64,000 bases of DNA from Candidatus Uhrbacteria bacterium (GTDB lineage: Bacteria; Patescibacteriota; Patescibacteriia; UBA9934; GWF2-40-263). The notes beneath the pieces were generated by a model, which was not told the DNA's origin, did not search any database, and saw only the letters and a program-made list of their open reading frames with translations. A program made the translations under genes and the position numbers. The stretch is taken from assembly GCA_016188475.1 (NCBI GenBank), contig JACPHT010000007.1, positions 80,467-144,466 on the forward strand. The letters are read 5' to 3'. Shown piece after piece: positions 17,939 through 27,448 of this stretch (its first letter is position 1; each line of letters begins with the position of its first letter).

Positions 17939-18703
17939 TCATAACCAATTCGCGCTGGCAACAATCAATATAAGCAAAATTGCGGCCGTAATTAGATATC
18001 GAAGCGCGACTTGTTTGGAGAGCTTATGGCGAACTTCAGCTCGTGTCAATCCAAGAAAGATATAAAAAAATAATGTGATGAGAGCGGCATTTGTGTATAA
18101 ACCGCTTGGCAAAAACGCTAGAGTTACAAAAAACTCTGTTGTTAGAATGGAGCCGGCGATCGTATACGGCCTTGATTTCGACTCGTCAGCTTTACTTACC
18201 CAAAGTGTTCCATAGAGAATAAAAATCGAGAGTAGAAAAAAAATGATCGCAAGCGCCCAAAGAGGTGTTTGAGCAAGAAGATTGACTCCGTAAGCGACTG
18301 ACGTTATAAAAAAAATAGTGAGGACGTTTAACAAGAGAGTAAGATATTCGATTGAATATGGTTGGTACTGGCTTGGAAGATGTGTGAATTGAAAAATATA
18401 TTCTGCAAAAAGAACAAGAAACAAAACTGTCAAAATAGCCAAAGTTAAAGATAGAGTTTGTTGCTCAAACAAAAAAATCATTCCAAAAGACGAGAGTAAA
18501 TACAAACTTGGCGTTCCAAGAAAATGCCAAAATTGAAATGTTCGAATTTTGAAGTGAAGAAGACGCGCGTATAAAAGCGCAATTAAAATAACTGTTAGGG
18601 CAAGACTCAAAACAGGCGAAGTGCGCGACAAAAAAAGCGACGCAAAACCAAGCGAAGCAATTAGTCCGATTGCAAATGGTGTGATGCGATGAATGAGGAT
18701 CAT
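17939..18703 (-). CDS. hypothetical polytopic membrane protein (~8 TM)
   Basis: Continuous hydrophobic helices; no recognisable motif. Confidence 0.5.
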   Translation of the reverse strand: MILIHRITPFAIGLIASLGFASLFLSRTSPVLSLALTVILIALLYARLLHFKIRTFQFWHFLGTPSLYLLSSFGMIFLFEQQTLSLTLAILTVLFLVLFAEYIFQFTHLPSQYQPYSIEYLTLLLNVLTIFFITSVAYGVNLLAQTPLWALAIIFFLLSIFILYGTLWVSKADESKSRPYTIAGSILTTEFFVTLAFLPSGLYTNAALITLFFYIFLGLTRAEVRHKLSKQVALRYLITAAILLILIVASANWL

Positions 18704-18878
18704 ACCTGTCGTTTGTTGCCAAGAGACAAATGGGCCGACTTTTTCTTGGCCTTATACATAGAGTGGAGGCAGAAAAAGCGTCCCGTAACTGTCTCTTGTG
18801 GACCATTGTGGTTTATTGGCTGGTTGAAGGCTGAAGAGTAAGGTTTATAAGATCTGTGGTACAACCGCTACTTCTGTA

Positions 18879-19625
18879 TTATTCTCCTTTAATTTCCGCA
18901 GCTATTTTCCCGCGTACAATAACAGAACCGTCTTTATATTCAATATCCTGAATCTGCACATATGATTCGAGCATCTTATTTCCATTAGCAAGCCGATCTT
19001 GAATAATTGATCGCAAAAACAAGTTCGTCAATGAATCAGGTATAAACAAAGAGCCAATCTTGAGTTCTTCAGGAACGAGTTCGATCTTCCCATCTTTCAC
19101 GTTTGCTTTTATTGAAAACAAAATCGCTGAACCGGATTTGGAATTTTCAAGCGGTAAAAATAAAGTCAAACCTTTGTCTTGCGAAATTGTAACTTGAGAA
19201 AAAGACGAATCAATAAATCCATCGGCCGCATTTTCAAGAATATCACGCAAAGAAGCTGTAAGAGAAGATTCGCTAAGTGAAAGTGAAATCACTTCATTCA
19301 CAGAACCTGCCGCAAGTTTTGACAAAACTTGCTCCTCAATAACTTTTTCTACAGGAACGCCTGGAGAAACCAATCGTCCTGGCTCTGGTTTTTGATATGT
19401 AAATTGAGTGAACACTGGAATATACACAATTCCAGTTGAAGCAAGCGCCCATGCGATTGCCGTGGAGAATAAAACTATCAAAATAAAAAAAATAGCAAAA
19501 CAACTCCGAAATGGATGACGTTGTTTTGTTGAACCAATCTCTTTAATCACCTCCCCTTTCATCTGTTGCAATTCTTCTCTAACATCTGAACCTTTTTCGA
19601 TACGGGACATATATCTATATTCCAT
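18879..19625 (-). CDS. hypothetical membrane-anchored protein
   Basis: Single TM helix (FAIFFILIVLFSTAIAWALAS) followed by a soluble domain. Confidence 0.5.
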   Translation of the reverse strand: MEYRYMSRIEKGSDVREELQQMKGEVIKEIGSTKQRHPFRSCFAIFFILIVLFSTAIAWALASTGIVYIPVFTQFTYQKPEPGRLVSPGVPVEKVIEEQVLSKLAAGSVNEVISLSLSESSLTASLRDILENAADGFIDSSFSQVTISQDKGLTLFLPLENSKSGSAILFSIKANVKDGKIELVPEELKIGSLFIPDSLTNLFLRSIIQDRLANGNKMLESYVQIQDIEYKDGSVIVRGKIAAEIKGE

Positions 19626-19716
19626 GAGCCTGGTGAAGGGAATAATATGCGAAATAATATTTACTGCCTTCGACAGGCTCAGGTAATAACTTAACCTTCG
19701 ACAGGCTCAGGCAATA
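19622..19716. mobile_element. MITE family A, composite (one left TIR, two right TIRs)
   Basis: gagcctggtgaaggg ... gccttcgacaggctcaggtaataa ... ccttcgacaggctcaggcaataa. Confidence 0.65.
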
Positions 19717-19723
19717 ACTTTTG

Positions 19724-20131
19724 TCAATATTCTTGTATCCAAGTTTCAAATAGCTTTTGCGCTTTTTCATTATCTTGCGCTTTCAGCGCGGCCTGCATTT
19801 GGCTAAGTATAACTGCGCGTTCAAGATGAATATCTTTTTGATCAGCTGGAACGCGAAGCGCGAGCAATTCAGAAAGTGTACTTTCAACCAAAACTAATCT
19901 GGCAATATCATTTTCAGCGGCTTCATACGATTCAACAAATTTTTTCCCAATCTTTTTTATACTGCTTGTATATTCTTGTGATGAAACAGGTGTGATTGTT
20001 TGTTGTTGAGTTGATTCAGTTGTCTTTCGCGAATCTGTCAAACTAAAAAACATAAAAACAACAAGTCCAACTGTGAGCAACACAAGAATCGGGAGAAAAA
20101 AAGATCTGTGGTGATGGTGAAATATCATCAT
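19724..20131 (-). CDS. hypothetical membrane-anchored protein
   Basis: N-terminal TM helix (FLPILVLLTVGLVVFMFF); no recognisable motif. Confidence 0.45.
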   Translation of the reverse strand: MMIFHHHHRSFFLPILVLLTVGLVVFMFFSLTDSRKTTESTQQQTITPVSSQEYTSSIKKIGKKFVESYEAAENDIARLVLVESTLSELLALRVPADQKDIHLERAVILSQMQAALKAQDNEKAQKLFETWIQEY

Positions 20132-21207
20132 ACTGAATCTTTGAATGCGTCTTCAACCACAACCGCAACCATTGTTGCAAGAGGAATCGCAAGAATCGCG
20201 CCAATAATTCCTCCAACTTTCAAACCAATCAGAAGTGCGAGAATACTTAATATCGGACTAAGGCCAGTAACTTTTTGCATGATCTTTGGAACAAGAACAT
20301 TATTTTCTATTTGTTGGATAACTAAATACAAAATAACAGTTGCAACTCCAATTACAGTCGATTGCGCAAATCCGATGATCGCGGCTGGAATCAGCGAAAC
20401 TATCGGCCCAACATAAGGAACGATCTCAAAAAGCCCGGCAATGACAGCGAGTAAAAGCGCATACGGAACGCCAAGCAATTTAAGACCAATGTAAACAACC
20501 AAGCCTACAAAAAATCCAAGAATGATTTGTCCGCGAAGCCATGCTCCGATTTTAGCCTGCATTTTTTTGAGCATCTGCGTGATATATGGCTGATATTCAA
20601 CTGGCGCGAGAGTTTTGAAATACTTGCGCATGCTGTCTTCTTCAACAACTAAATAAAACGCAAGCACGAGCACAATCAAAAGCGCGGCAAGGCCGCCAAA
20701 AAAACCTTTGACAGTTGTGAAAAGAGAACTTGCTGACGCATTTATGTTTTGTTGAAATGATTGAATGCTGGCTGTAATACTTTCAAGAATTTGATGTTTC
20801 GCTTGGAACTGAACAAAAAAATCAAATATGTCTGTTGAACGCGATGAGATATTTTGAACAAGTTGAACTGACTGTTCGGCAATGATCGGAGCTAAGACAA
20901 CGATAATAACTGAAGCAAGCGCGAGGAGAATTGTATAAACAATTAGAACAGCAAGACCGCGAGGAATACGATGCTTCGCAAACCAATCTGCGAACGGATC
21001 AATAACCGAGGCAAGCATGATTGCGACAACCAATATCGCAACGATCTCGCGAACAAACCACAAAAACCATAAACCAAGAATAATCGCGACTGCTTTTATA
21101 AAAGTTCCGGTTGAGATACTGATTGTATTGGATCGCATATAGTGAAAGTATAACACAAAGTGACGGAGTGATGGAGTGAAACAAAAAACACCCCGAACTT
21201 TTTTCAA
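20128..21207 (-). CDS. AI-2E family transporter (UPF0118/PerM-like)
   Basis: 8-TM topology with a conserved C-terminal region typical of the AI-2E family. Start may be the internal Met at 21138. Confidence 0.65.
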   Translation of the reverse strand: MKKVRGVFCFTPSLRHFVLYFHYMRSNTISISTGTFIKAVAIILGLWFLWFVREIVAILVVAIMLASVIDPFADWFAKHRIPRGLAVLIVYTILLALASVIIVVLAPIIAEQSVQLVQNISSRSTDIFDFFVQFQAKHQILESITASIQSFQQNINASASSLFTTVKGFFGGLAALLIVLVLAFYLVVEEDSMRKYFKTLAPVEYQPYITQMLKKMQAKIGAWLRGQIILGFFVGLVVYIGLKLLGVPYALLLAVIAGLFEIVPYVGPIVSLIPAAIIGFAQSTVIGVATVILYLVIQQIENNVLVPKIMQKVTGLSPILSILALLIGLKVGGIIGAILAIPLATMVAVVVEDAFKDSV

Positions 21208-21232
21208 AGTTTAAGGGTGAGAGAGTTGAAGA

Positions 21233-22144
21233 TCATTTTGCAGATTCTGCGACAGTTAATGTGGGCACTGGCCCTGCTGCCTGCGCTGGTTCTTCAAACG
21301 CGAAGCCGTAACTTCCCGCGATCTTGTCTAAAACTTTCATAGCTGTAACACAGAACGAGTGCAAATCCTTTGAATGATGTGCCATAATATCATGTTCGAC
21401 TTCAGCGAGAATCTTCGCAAAACGCTTGGCAAGCATGATATTGACCGAGTGAGCAAAGATGAAGTCGTGCGACAAATACCTGTAACCGACTTTCACGACA
21501 CATTTGCCGGTATGAAACTCGATCTTCGACATTCCATTTCCGAATTCAACACCCGCCGAGTCGTAGACTGCCAGAAACTTGTGTAGTACCTCTCCAACCG
21601 GAATCTGTTGACCGCGCAGTCCCATGCACTGCACACATTCGACACCTTCTACTGAAATAAACCCGGGCCGAATGTTCGAATAGATTTCTGTCGGAATCTT
21701 TCCGCTATCACCATCGAGTTGCAACAAGTGATCGAAAATACTCGCGACCACTTTTTCTACACCTTCACGAATCTCGTCGTCGCTTGGAAAACGCGCGAGC
21801 TCTTCGGAAAGCCTCGCTGACGTGATCGCAAGAATTGGTGAAAAGACAGTAACGAGCTTTAATCGCGAACCACTGTCAAGCCCCTTCGGAAGCACTGGAG
21901 TTAACATCCCCTCGTCAAGACTGAAGCACAGAAAGTATCTGCCTGGCACGAACTTGATTTTGTTCTGTATGCAAATGTCTGCGACCTTCCATCCAGAAGG
22001 ATTGCTCTTTGGTATTGTTACTATGTTAGTAACTTGAATTTCGCCGTCTTCTGTTACTTTCACAATCCAGCTCAATGCTACCGCGGCTTTTGTTGGATCA
22101 GGCCGCGCACCTCGAACAATGTGTTTCCTTCTTGACATTCTCAC
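21233..22144 (-). CDS. hypothetical protein (GC-elevated, ~52%)
   Basis: Clean 303-aa ORF; no recognisable domain. Confidence 0.45.
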   Translation of the reverse strand: MRMSRRKHIVRGARPDPTKAAVALSWIVKVTEDGEIQVTNIVTIPKSNPSGWKVADICIQNKIKFVPGRYFLCFSLDEGMLTPVLPKGLDSGSRLKLVTVFSPILAITSARLSEELARFPSDDEIREGVEKVVASIFDHLLQLDGDSGKIPTEIYSNIRPGFISVEGVECVQCMGLRGQQIPVGEVLHKFLAVYDSAGVEFGNGMSKIEFHTGKCVVKVGYRYLSHDFIFAHSVNIMLAKRFAKILAEVEHDIMAHHSKDLHSFCVTAMKVLDKIAGSYGFAFEEPAQAAGPVPTLTVAESAK

Positions 22145-22196
22145 CTCCTTGTTCGACGTTTAAGTCAATAAATGCCCAAAAAGACTTTATCAAAGA

Positions 22197-22225
22197 TTGA
22201 CAAAAACGCAAAATCGAAGTATTCT
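22197..22225 (+). promoter_or_regulatory. candidate sigma70-type promoter for ssrA (TTGACA-17 nt-TATTCT)
   Basis: Consensus -35 and near-consensus -10 with 17-nt spacing, ~60 nt upstream of the tmRNA 5' end. Confidence 0.35.
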
Positions 22226-22285
22226 TGGCCGACGAGCATTGGAATTATTTCCGATATCTAATCTCCGATTTCCAACCTCTTAATT

Positions 22286-22676
22286 GGGGCTGATCGGTAT
22301 CGATGGAAGTCCCTTACATTGTGATCAAGCCGAGCAGGCGCGGCTTCTCGTAAATCAATCCGCGCAAGACGATAAATGCAAACAACGTCATTGCGAAAAT
22401 CAAGAACGCGCTTCGCGTTCCAACATTCGCTCCTGTTCTCGCTTAATACCCGAGAACCGTCCGCCTCGGTGATGCTCAATAATCGAATCGCGGCGTCATA
22501 AATGTGAGCTGGAAAGTGCAGTCGTTGGTCTCGCACTTTCGAGAATTGCGATCAACACCTGCACGCGCATTTGTTTCCACTTCAAGCGCGCGCTTGTAAA
22601 CAAGTGGAAATGAGCTTGGAAAAATCGCAATGTGAAGCCTTACCAGACCGGGGTTCAATTCCCCGCAGCTCCACCA
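22286..22676 (+). ncRNA. ssrA: tmRNA (SsrA)
   Basis: 5' GGGGCTGAT... pairs with the 3' ...GGTTCAATTCCCCGCAGCTCCACCA tRNA-Ala-like T-arm, acceptor and encoded CCA. Internal reading frame gcaaacaacgtc...gctcctgttctcgcttaa suggests a tag ending ...FAPVLA (tentative). smpB lies 3 kb downstream. Confidence 0.8.
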
Positions 22677-22682
22677 ACTAAA

Positions 22683-22712
22683 ATTCCCGACAAACGTCGG
22701 GAATTTTAGTTA
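22683..22712 (+). terminator. rho-independent terminator (ttcccgac-aaac-gtcgggaa-tttt)
   Basis: Hairpin plus T-run immediately after the tmRNA CCA. Confidence 0.75.
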
Positions 22713-22879
22713 TATGTTAAGGGGAATTGAACGTGAAAGGTGCTTGAGTGAAACGGAAGTTTCCCTCAATAGGATGATGTGGAGGAATGGGTAACGCCTT
22801 CCAACCATTATCCTTAGTATTTTTACTTTTGTCATCCTGAAGAAGGTACTGCCACTCCTGGTGTCATGAACGAGAGCCA

Positions 22880-22956
22880 ATTATCCCTTCGACAAGCTCA
22901 GGGAATAATTGGCCGAGTCGAAAGCTAAGTTATTGACTGAGCCTGTCGAAGGCCAT
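22880..22956. mobile_element. MITE-like element family A
   Basis: aattatcccttcgacaagctcagggaataatt ... ttgactgagcctgtcgaaggccataa. Confidence 0.7.
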
Positions 22957-23078
22957 AACTTTACGCTCAAAACCTTGACAAACTGACACAAATTTGCTTT
23001 ACTGAAAGGTAAAAATTGATTATATTTTAGTTCAATTTTGCTCTTGTTATTTGCAAACTTGTGAGCGAATCTCCTTGA

Positions 23079-23192
23079 GATTTTGAAATGAGCAGCGCAT
23101 TGAGTGGCTGAAATACCAATTGTTGCGCTAACAGATATTCAATGCGCTGCTCATAACGAGTTAGACCTCGTCGCGTAGGACACGCGATTCAA
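23079..23192 (+). promoter_or_regulatory. structured leader candidate: nested perfect stems (12 bp outer, 14 bp inner) in the 5'UTR of the 23218 gene
   Basis: tgagattttgaa/ttcaaaatctca and gagcagcgcattga/tcaatgcgctgctc, plus two small hairpins. Ends 25 nt before the SD aaaggagg. Confidence 0.3.
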
Positions 23193-23217
23193 AATCTCAA
23201 TCAGAAAGGAGGGCGCT

Positions 23218-23877
23218 ATGCCCCGTCGTCAAGAGTTTTGGGGATGGATCGTTTTCATCCTCGGCGCTGGGGCATATCTGCCCATAGCGATTGGAGGATG
23301 GCAACATCCAGCGGAAGTGAACATCGCGTCGTACAGCATCTGGCTCATAATCTCTGGCATGTTGCTGTACTCGTCTCACTCGCAGGGTTTTGCATGTTGG
23401 CGTATGCCTCTCGGGTTTTTCTTCGGGAATGGGTCGCTACTCGTTCTTGGGTTTATCCGAGGAGGGTACACGTTCAACCTCGGCCCCGCGGAGACACTCG
23501 CGCTATACGGCGTGATTGGTACGCTGTCGGTGTGGGTTACCGTGGGAACGATGACGAAAAAATGGAAGTCCCGTATTCTCTTCCTGGGAGGAGTTACGGC
23601 GGACATCCTCTCGTTTTACCCGCAGCTCAAGCAGTACCTGCTTCCGCATGAACCGCCTACGCACCTGATGATACTCGGCTGGTGTCTATGGATTCTCATG
23701 GCCTTCATCAACATCATTCTGGTCGAAGAGTTCTTCAAAAAACTCATGATGACTAGAGCGACGTATGAACTGCACTATAAGAAACCCAAGGATGCGCTAC
23801 TAATTGCCGAGGAATCTATCTTCTCCATCGAGAATGGCGCGTTCATGATCGTCACGGTTCTCGTGATGATCCGATAG
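23218..23877 (+). CDS. hypothetical 6-TM membrane protein (GC ~53%)
   Basis: SD aaaggagggcgct then ATG; six hydrophobic helices. Confidence 0.55.
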   Translation: MPRRQEFWGWIVFILGAGAYLPIAIGGWQHPAEVNIASYSIWLIISGMLLYSSHSQGFACWRMPLGFFFGNGSLLVLGFIRGGYTFNLGPAETLALYGVIGTLSVWVTVGTMTKKWKSRILFLGGVTADILSFYPQLKQYLLPHEPPTHLMILGWCLWILMAFINIILVEEFFKKLMMTRATYELHYKKPKDALLIAEESIFSIENGAFMIVTVLVMIR

Positions 23878-23981
23878 CAAAGACAAGCTCTCGGCGCAAC
23901 TCAAGGCCCCCGTGGTAGCAATATCACCACGCGGGGCCTTTTTAGTTTATACAAAAAAGACGTTCTTCGTCTGAAGTAACG

Positions 23982-25793
23982 TCAGGTTGCCGTTGATTGA
24001 GTCAACAGCTTTTCGTCTGCCTCCTTAAATATCTTCTCGACTTGCGCGATAGCGATCGGATGATAGCCCGATCGAGCATTTTTGAATATCTGCTGTGCCA
24101 GTGTGAGTTCAACTCGGTTGCACGACAGCGCGCGATAGATCGGAAGAATGAACTTCATCCGACCGACTTGAGTGAGCAGTCTTTCAACCGCCTCGCCAAT
24201 GTCGTTGTTCATGAATTTTGTCTCGAGACAGAACAAGAGATACGACCAGCGAACTTCGATGTTTATTGCATGTGCAAGACCGAATTGCAGAAGCGACTCT
24301 GCGAAACTCGCGGGAAGTTCGCGTGAAAGCGACTGAAGGTACAATACCCACTGGTTGGGACTCCATGCGTGGGAATCGATCGGCACCGTGTTGCATTGAG
24401 CGTCAGTCAACGCGACTGATGCCTTCTGCGATTTCACGCGCGGAGCATTGATAGGCACACCTTCCCCATCCCACCAGTCAAGGTGATGCACATTGTCGAG
24501 CACGCCCGGTAATTCACAGTCAACGAAATCAAGAAAATAGGCCGTTTCTATCGAAGTGAACTTGAACACCTCAATGTAGCTTCGAATGAACTTGTCGAAA
24601 CGAGCACGACCGACAGCTTCCTCGAGCATCTGAACGAACATCGCTCCTTTGACGTACGGAATGATCGAGAAAATGTCGTCCGGATCGTCATCTTGTGTAA
24701 GTTCAACGTGCAACTTCGTCCACGCTTGCTTGCCTGTCGCGAAAAAGCGATCCATATCTCGCTTGAGATCTCGCTCCTGAATCGCCATATGCAGAAGCGC
24801 TTCTTCTTTGCCGTAGATCTCTTCGAGAATGCGATGTTCGAAGTAGGTCGTCCAGCCTTCGTTCAGCCAGAAGTCTCCCCAACTGGCGTTTGTGATGAGA
24901 TTGCCTGTCCACGCGTGCGCAAGTTCGTGCGCGATGACGAATGCCATCGAACCGGTTCCTGTCACGATGGTTGGTGATAGAAACGCGAGTCGCGGATTCT
25001 CCATTCCGCCGTACGGAAACGAAGGCGGAAGCACGAGCATATCGAACCGACCCCATTCGTACGGACCGGCCAAACGCTCGGCCGCTTCCATGATCTTGCC
25101 GATATCCTTGAATTCGGCTTTTGCGGCTTCGACCATTTCTTTTTCAGCGTACACGCGACACCGATCCGTTATGTCTCTTTCTTCCAGATCGCCGACAGCA
25201 AGCGAAACGAGATATGCCGGAATCGGCTGTTGCATTTTCCATCGCTCGACAACACGCCCTTCGAACTCTCTCCAATCGCTTCGAGAGATGTGACTTGCGC
25301 CCATGAGTGCGCGTAGTTCTTTCGGAACAACGATCGTTGCGTCGAAAGTAAAACGAACTTCTGGAGTCCCCTGACACGGCAAGAAACTTCTCGTGTGCAA
25401 GCACTGACCTTGCGTGAACATGAACGGATGACGTTTGCCACTCGTCTGTTCTTTGGTAAGCCACTGCAAGCCGGAAGCCGTTGGACTGGTCTTGTACGCG
25501 ATGTGAATCATCCTGTTCTCAGGAACAACGAACTGAATTCCGTCGCCAATGACAGGATGATCTCCGATCCGCGAGAAATCGAGGTCAATGAAACGATTGT
25601 CTTTGACTTCTTTGATGTAAATGCCGCGCAAGTCAAGAGTTGTTAGTCCAGACTTGTCGAACGTGATTAGAACAGTGCAGTTAAGAACACGCTCTGCAAA
25701 GTCCACCTCAACGTGCCAGCGCACATGTCTCATCTTTGGCTGACCATAAGAGTAGTGAGAATGAGGATCAAATCGAACGGTTTCGTTTGCCAT
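23982..25793 (-). CDS. M1-family zinc aminopeptidase
   Basis: HELAHAWTGN...EGWTTYFE (HEXXH-X18-E) and GAMEN-like GGMEN motif. SD aggagg before MANETV. Confidence 0.85.
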   Translation of the reverse strand: MANETVRFDPHSHYSYGQPKMRHVRWHVEVDFAERVLNCTVLITFDKSGLTTLDLRGIYIKEVKDNRFIDLDFSRIGDHPVIGDGIQFVVPENRMIHIAYKTSPTASGLQWLTKEQTSGKRHPFMFTQGQCLHTRSFLPCQGTPEVRFTFDATIVVPKELRALMGASHISRSDWREFEGRVVERWKMQQPIPAYLVSLAVGDLEERDITDRCRVYAEKEMVEAAKAEFKDIGKIMEAAERLAGPYEWGRFDMLVLPPSFPYGGMENPRLAFLSPTIVTGTGSMAFVIAHELAHAWTGNLITNASWGDFWLNEGWTTYFEHRILEEIYGKEEALLHMAIQERDLKRDMDRFFATGKQAWTKLHVELTQDDDPDDIFSIIPYVKGAMFVQMLEEAVGRARFDKFIRSYIEVFKFTSIETAYFLDFVDCELPGVLDNVHHLDWWDGEGVPINAPRVKSQKASVALTDAQCNTVPIDSHAWSPNQWVLYLQSLSRELPASFAESLLQFGLAHAINIEVRWSYLLFCLETKFMNNDIGEAVERLLTQVGRMKFILPIYRALSCNRVELTLAQQIFKNARSGYHPIAIAQVEKIFKEADEKLLTQSTAT

Positions 25794-25818
25794 TTGGCAC
25801 CTCCTGCGCAAAACCCTA

Positions 25819-26265
25819 TCACTCTTTCATCTTTTCGCGCAACTGCCTGTCTACATCCCGCTTTTTTATGGCCGCGCGCTTCTCATATTTCTTTTTTCCG
25901 CGAGCCACAGCAAATTCAAGTTTAACTAAATTTCCTTTCAAATAAAGACTCGTTGGAATAAGCGTCAAGCCCTCGGATTTTCTTTTTCCAATGAGCCGAT
26001 TGAGCTCTCGTTTGTGAATTAGAACCTTTCGATCGCGTGTTGGATCGTATTCTTGTTGAACACCAGCGGCCGGTGGATATTTTGATATGTGAGCGTTCTT
26101 TAGCCAGAGTGTTGTGCCGCGAATATCAAGAAAAGCTCCTTTGAGTTGAACAGAACCAGCCTTGACTGATTTGACTTCAGGACCTGTTAAAACCAAACCT
26201 CCCTCGAATTTATCAAGGAGGTCGTAATCGAATCGCGCGTGTTTGTTGATCGCAAGAGGTGGCAT
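25819..26265 (-). CDS. smpB: SsrA-binding protein SmpB
   Basis: HARFDYDLLDKFEGGLVLTGPEVKSVK...LWLKNAHISKY...VLIHKRELNRL...LIPTSLYLK is the canonical SmpB sequence. Confidence 0.9.
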   Translation of the reverse strand: MPPLAINKHARFDYDLLDKFEGGLVLTGPEVKSVKAGSVQLKGAFLDIRGTTLWLKNAHISKYPPAAGVQQEYDPTRDRKVLIHKRELNRLIGKRKSEGLTLIPTSLYLKGNLVKLEFAVARGKKKYEKRAAIKKRDVDRQLREKMKE

Positions 26266-26291
26266 AATATATTGTAAATTAAATTACGTCG

Positions 26292-26456
26292 TTATCCCCT
26301 GAGCTTGTCGAAGGGAGTCGAGGAGGAGTAAAGAAGCCAACTGCTTGGCTTCGTACCTCCGAGACGGGTTGGACGATGTCTGGCAAAAAGCCAGACCGTA
26401 CAACACCAACGACGAATTCGTCAAAAATTTATTCCTTCGACAAGCTCAGGAAATAA
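26292..26456. mobile_element. MITE-like element family A, long form (second copy)
   Basis: About 95% identical to 3593-3756. Differences fall in the hairpin loops (ccgc->ctgc, ctgaaag->caaaaag) while the stems are preserved. Confidence 0.75.
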
Positions 26457-26655
26457 ATTTATTAACTCCACTTTACACGAATACTTGCCCTTCGACCATT
26501 CAATTTGTCATAGCCATCCAGAGTTAAATAGAATGGCGACAAGCCCAGTTAGAAGCAATGCTCCTAACTGGTCAAGCTCAGGACTGCGCGTTGTCACATT
26601 CCATGACAACGCTTGTATTTTTTCACTGTTTTGCCTATACTGCCATCATCAAATT

Positions 26656-27207
26656 ATGCGTATCCATCGTCATCGTCAGAGAAAATCATCGCTCAACATA
26701 CAAAAATACAAAGCAAACGATCGTATTCGTTCCGAAGAAGTCCGTGTCATTGATGAAAACGGTCAGGCTCTTGGTGTTATGCCAACAGCAAAAGCCATTG
26801 CGCTTGCTCAAGAAAAAGAGCTTGATTTGGTTGAAGTGTCACCTCTTGCTATTCCGCCTGTTTGCAAAATTCTGGACAACGGACAATTCAAATATCAAAA
26901 AGAAAAAGAAGCTAAAAAACAAAAAGCTCAATCAAAAGAAGTTGAAATGAAAGTGATTCGTCTTTCTGTTCGTATTGGAGACCACGATTTTGAAGTGCGC
27001 CTAAAACAGGCTGGAAAATTCTTGGATCGCGGCGATAAAGTAAAAATCGAACTTCCAATGCGTGGACGCGAAAAAGCTCACAGAGACGTTGCTGAAGAAG
27101 TTATGAAACGATTCGAAAGCGGTTTACGTGTAAATTACAAACTTCGCGTTGACGAAGAACTTAAATATCTTGGAGGACGATTTACAATAATCGTGGCCAA
27201 GTCTTGA
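26656..27207 (+). CDS. infC: translation initiation factor IF-3
   Basis: EVRVIDENGQALGV...LDLVEVSPLAIPPVCKILDNGQFKYQKEK and C-terminal domain. ATG at 26656 assumed; a non-ATG start further upstream is possible. Confidence 0.85.
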   Translation: MRIHRHRQRKSSLNIQKYKANDRIRSEEVRVIDENGQALGVMPTAKAIALAQEKELDLVEVSPLAIPPVCKILDNGQFKYQKEKEAKKQKAQSKEVEMKVIRLSVRIGDHDFEVRLKQAGKFLDRGDKVKIELPMRGREKAHRDVAEEVMKRFESGLRVNYKLRVDEELKYLGGRFTIIVAKS

Positions 27208-27258
27208 CAGTAAACCAGCATTTCTTTATACTTCGCGCGTTATCAATATCATTCTGGT

Positions 27259-27447
27259 ATGAAAATCAAAACACATAAATCCATCTCAAAACGGTTCAAA
27301 GTCACGAAAACCGGAAAAGTCATCAAACGTTATTGCGGACAGGATCATTTTAATAGTCGAGATCCGGGAAAAATCACACGCAAGAAACGTCGCGACAAAA
27401 CTTTTGTGTCGCACGCAAAGGCTGTAAAAACTTTAATTTCAAACTAA
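27259..27447 (+). CDS. rpmI: ribosomal protein L35
   Basis: MKIKTHKSISKRFKVTKTGKV, 62 aa, between infC and rplT. Confidence 0.9.
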   Translation: MKIKTHKSISKRFKVTKTGKVIKRYCGQDHFNSRDPGKITRKKRRDKTFVSHAKAVKTLISN

Positions 27448-27448
27448 T

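Noticed and set aside
22336-22440. Firm tmRNA tag-peptide sequence
   Set aside because: The resume codon cannot be fixed without a structural alignment. The frame ending ...FAPVLA-stop is plausible but unverified.
22258-22658. Small ORFs 22258-22536, 22284-22472 and 22476-22658
   Set aside because: They lie within the tmRNA gene.
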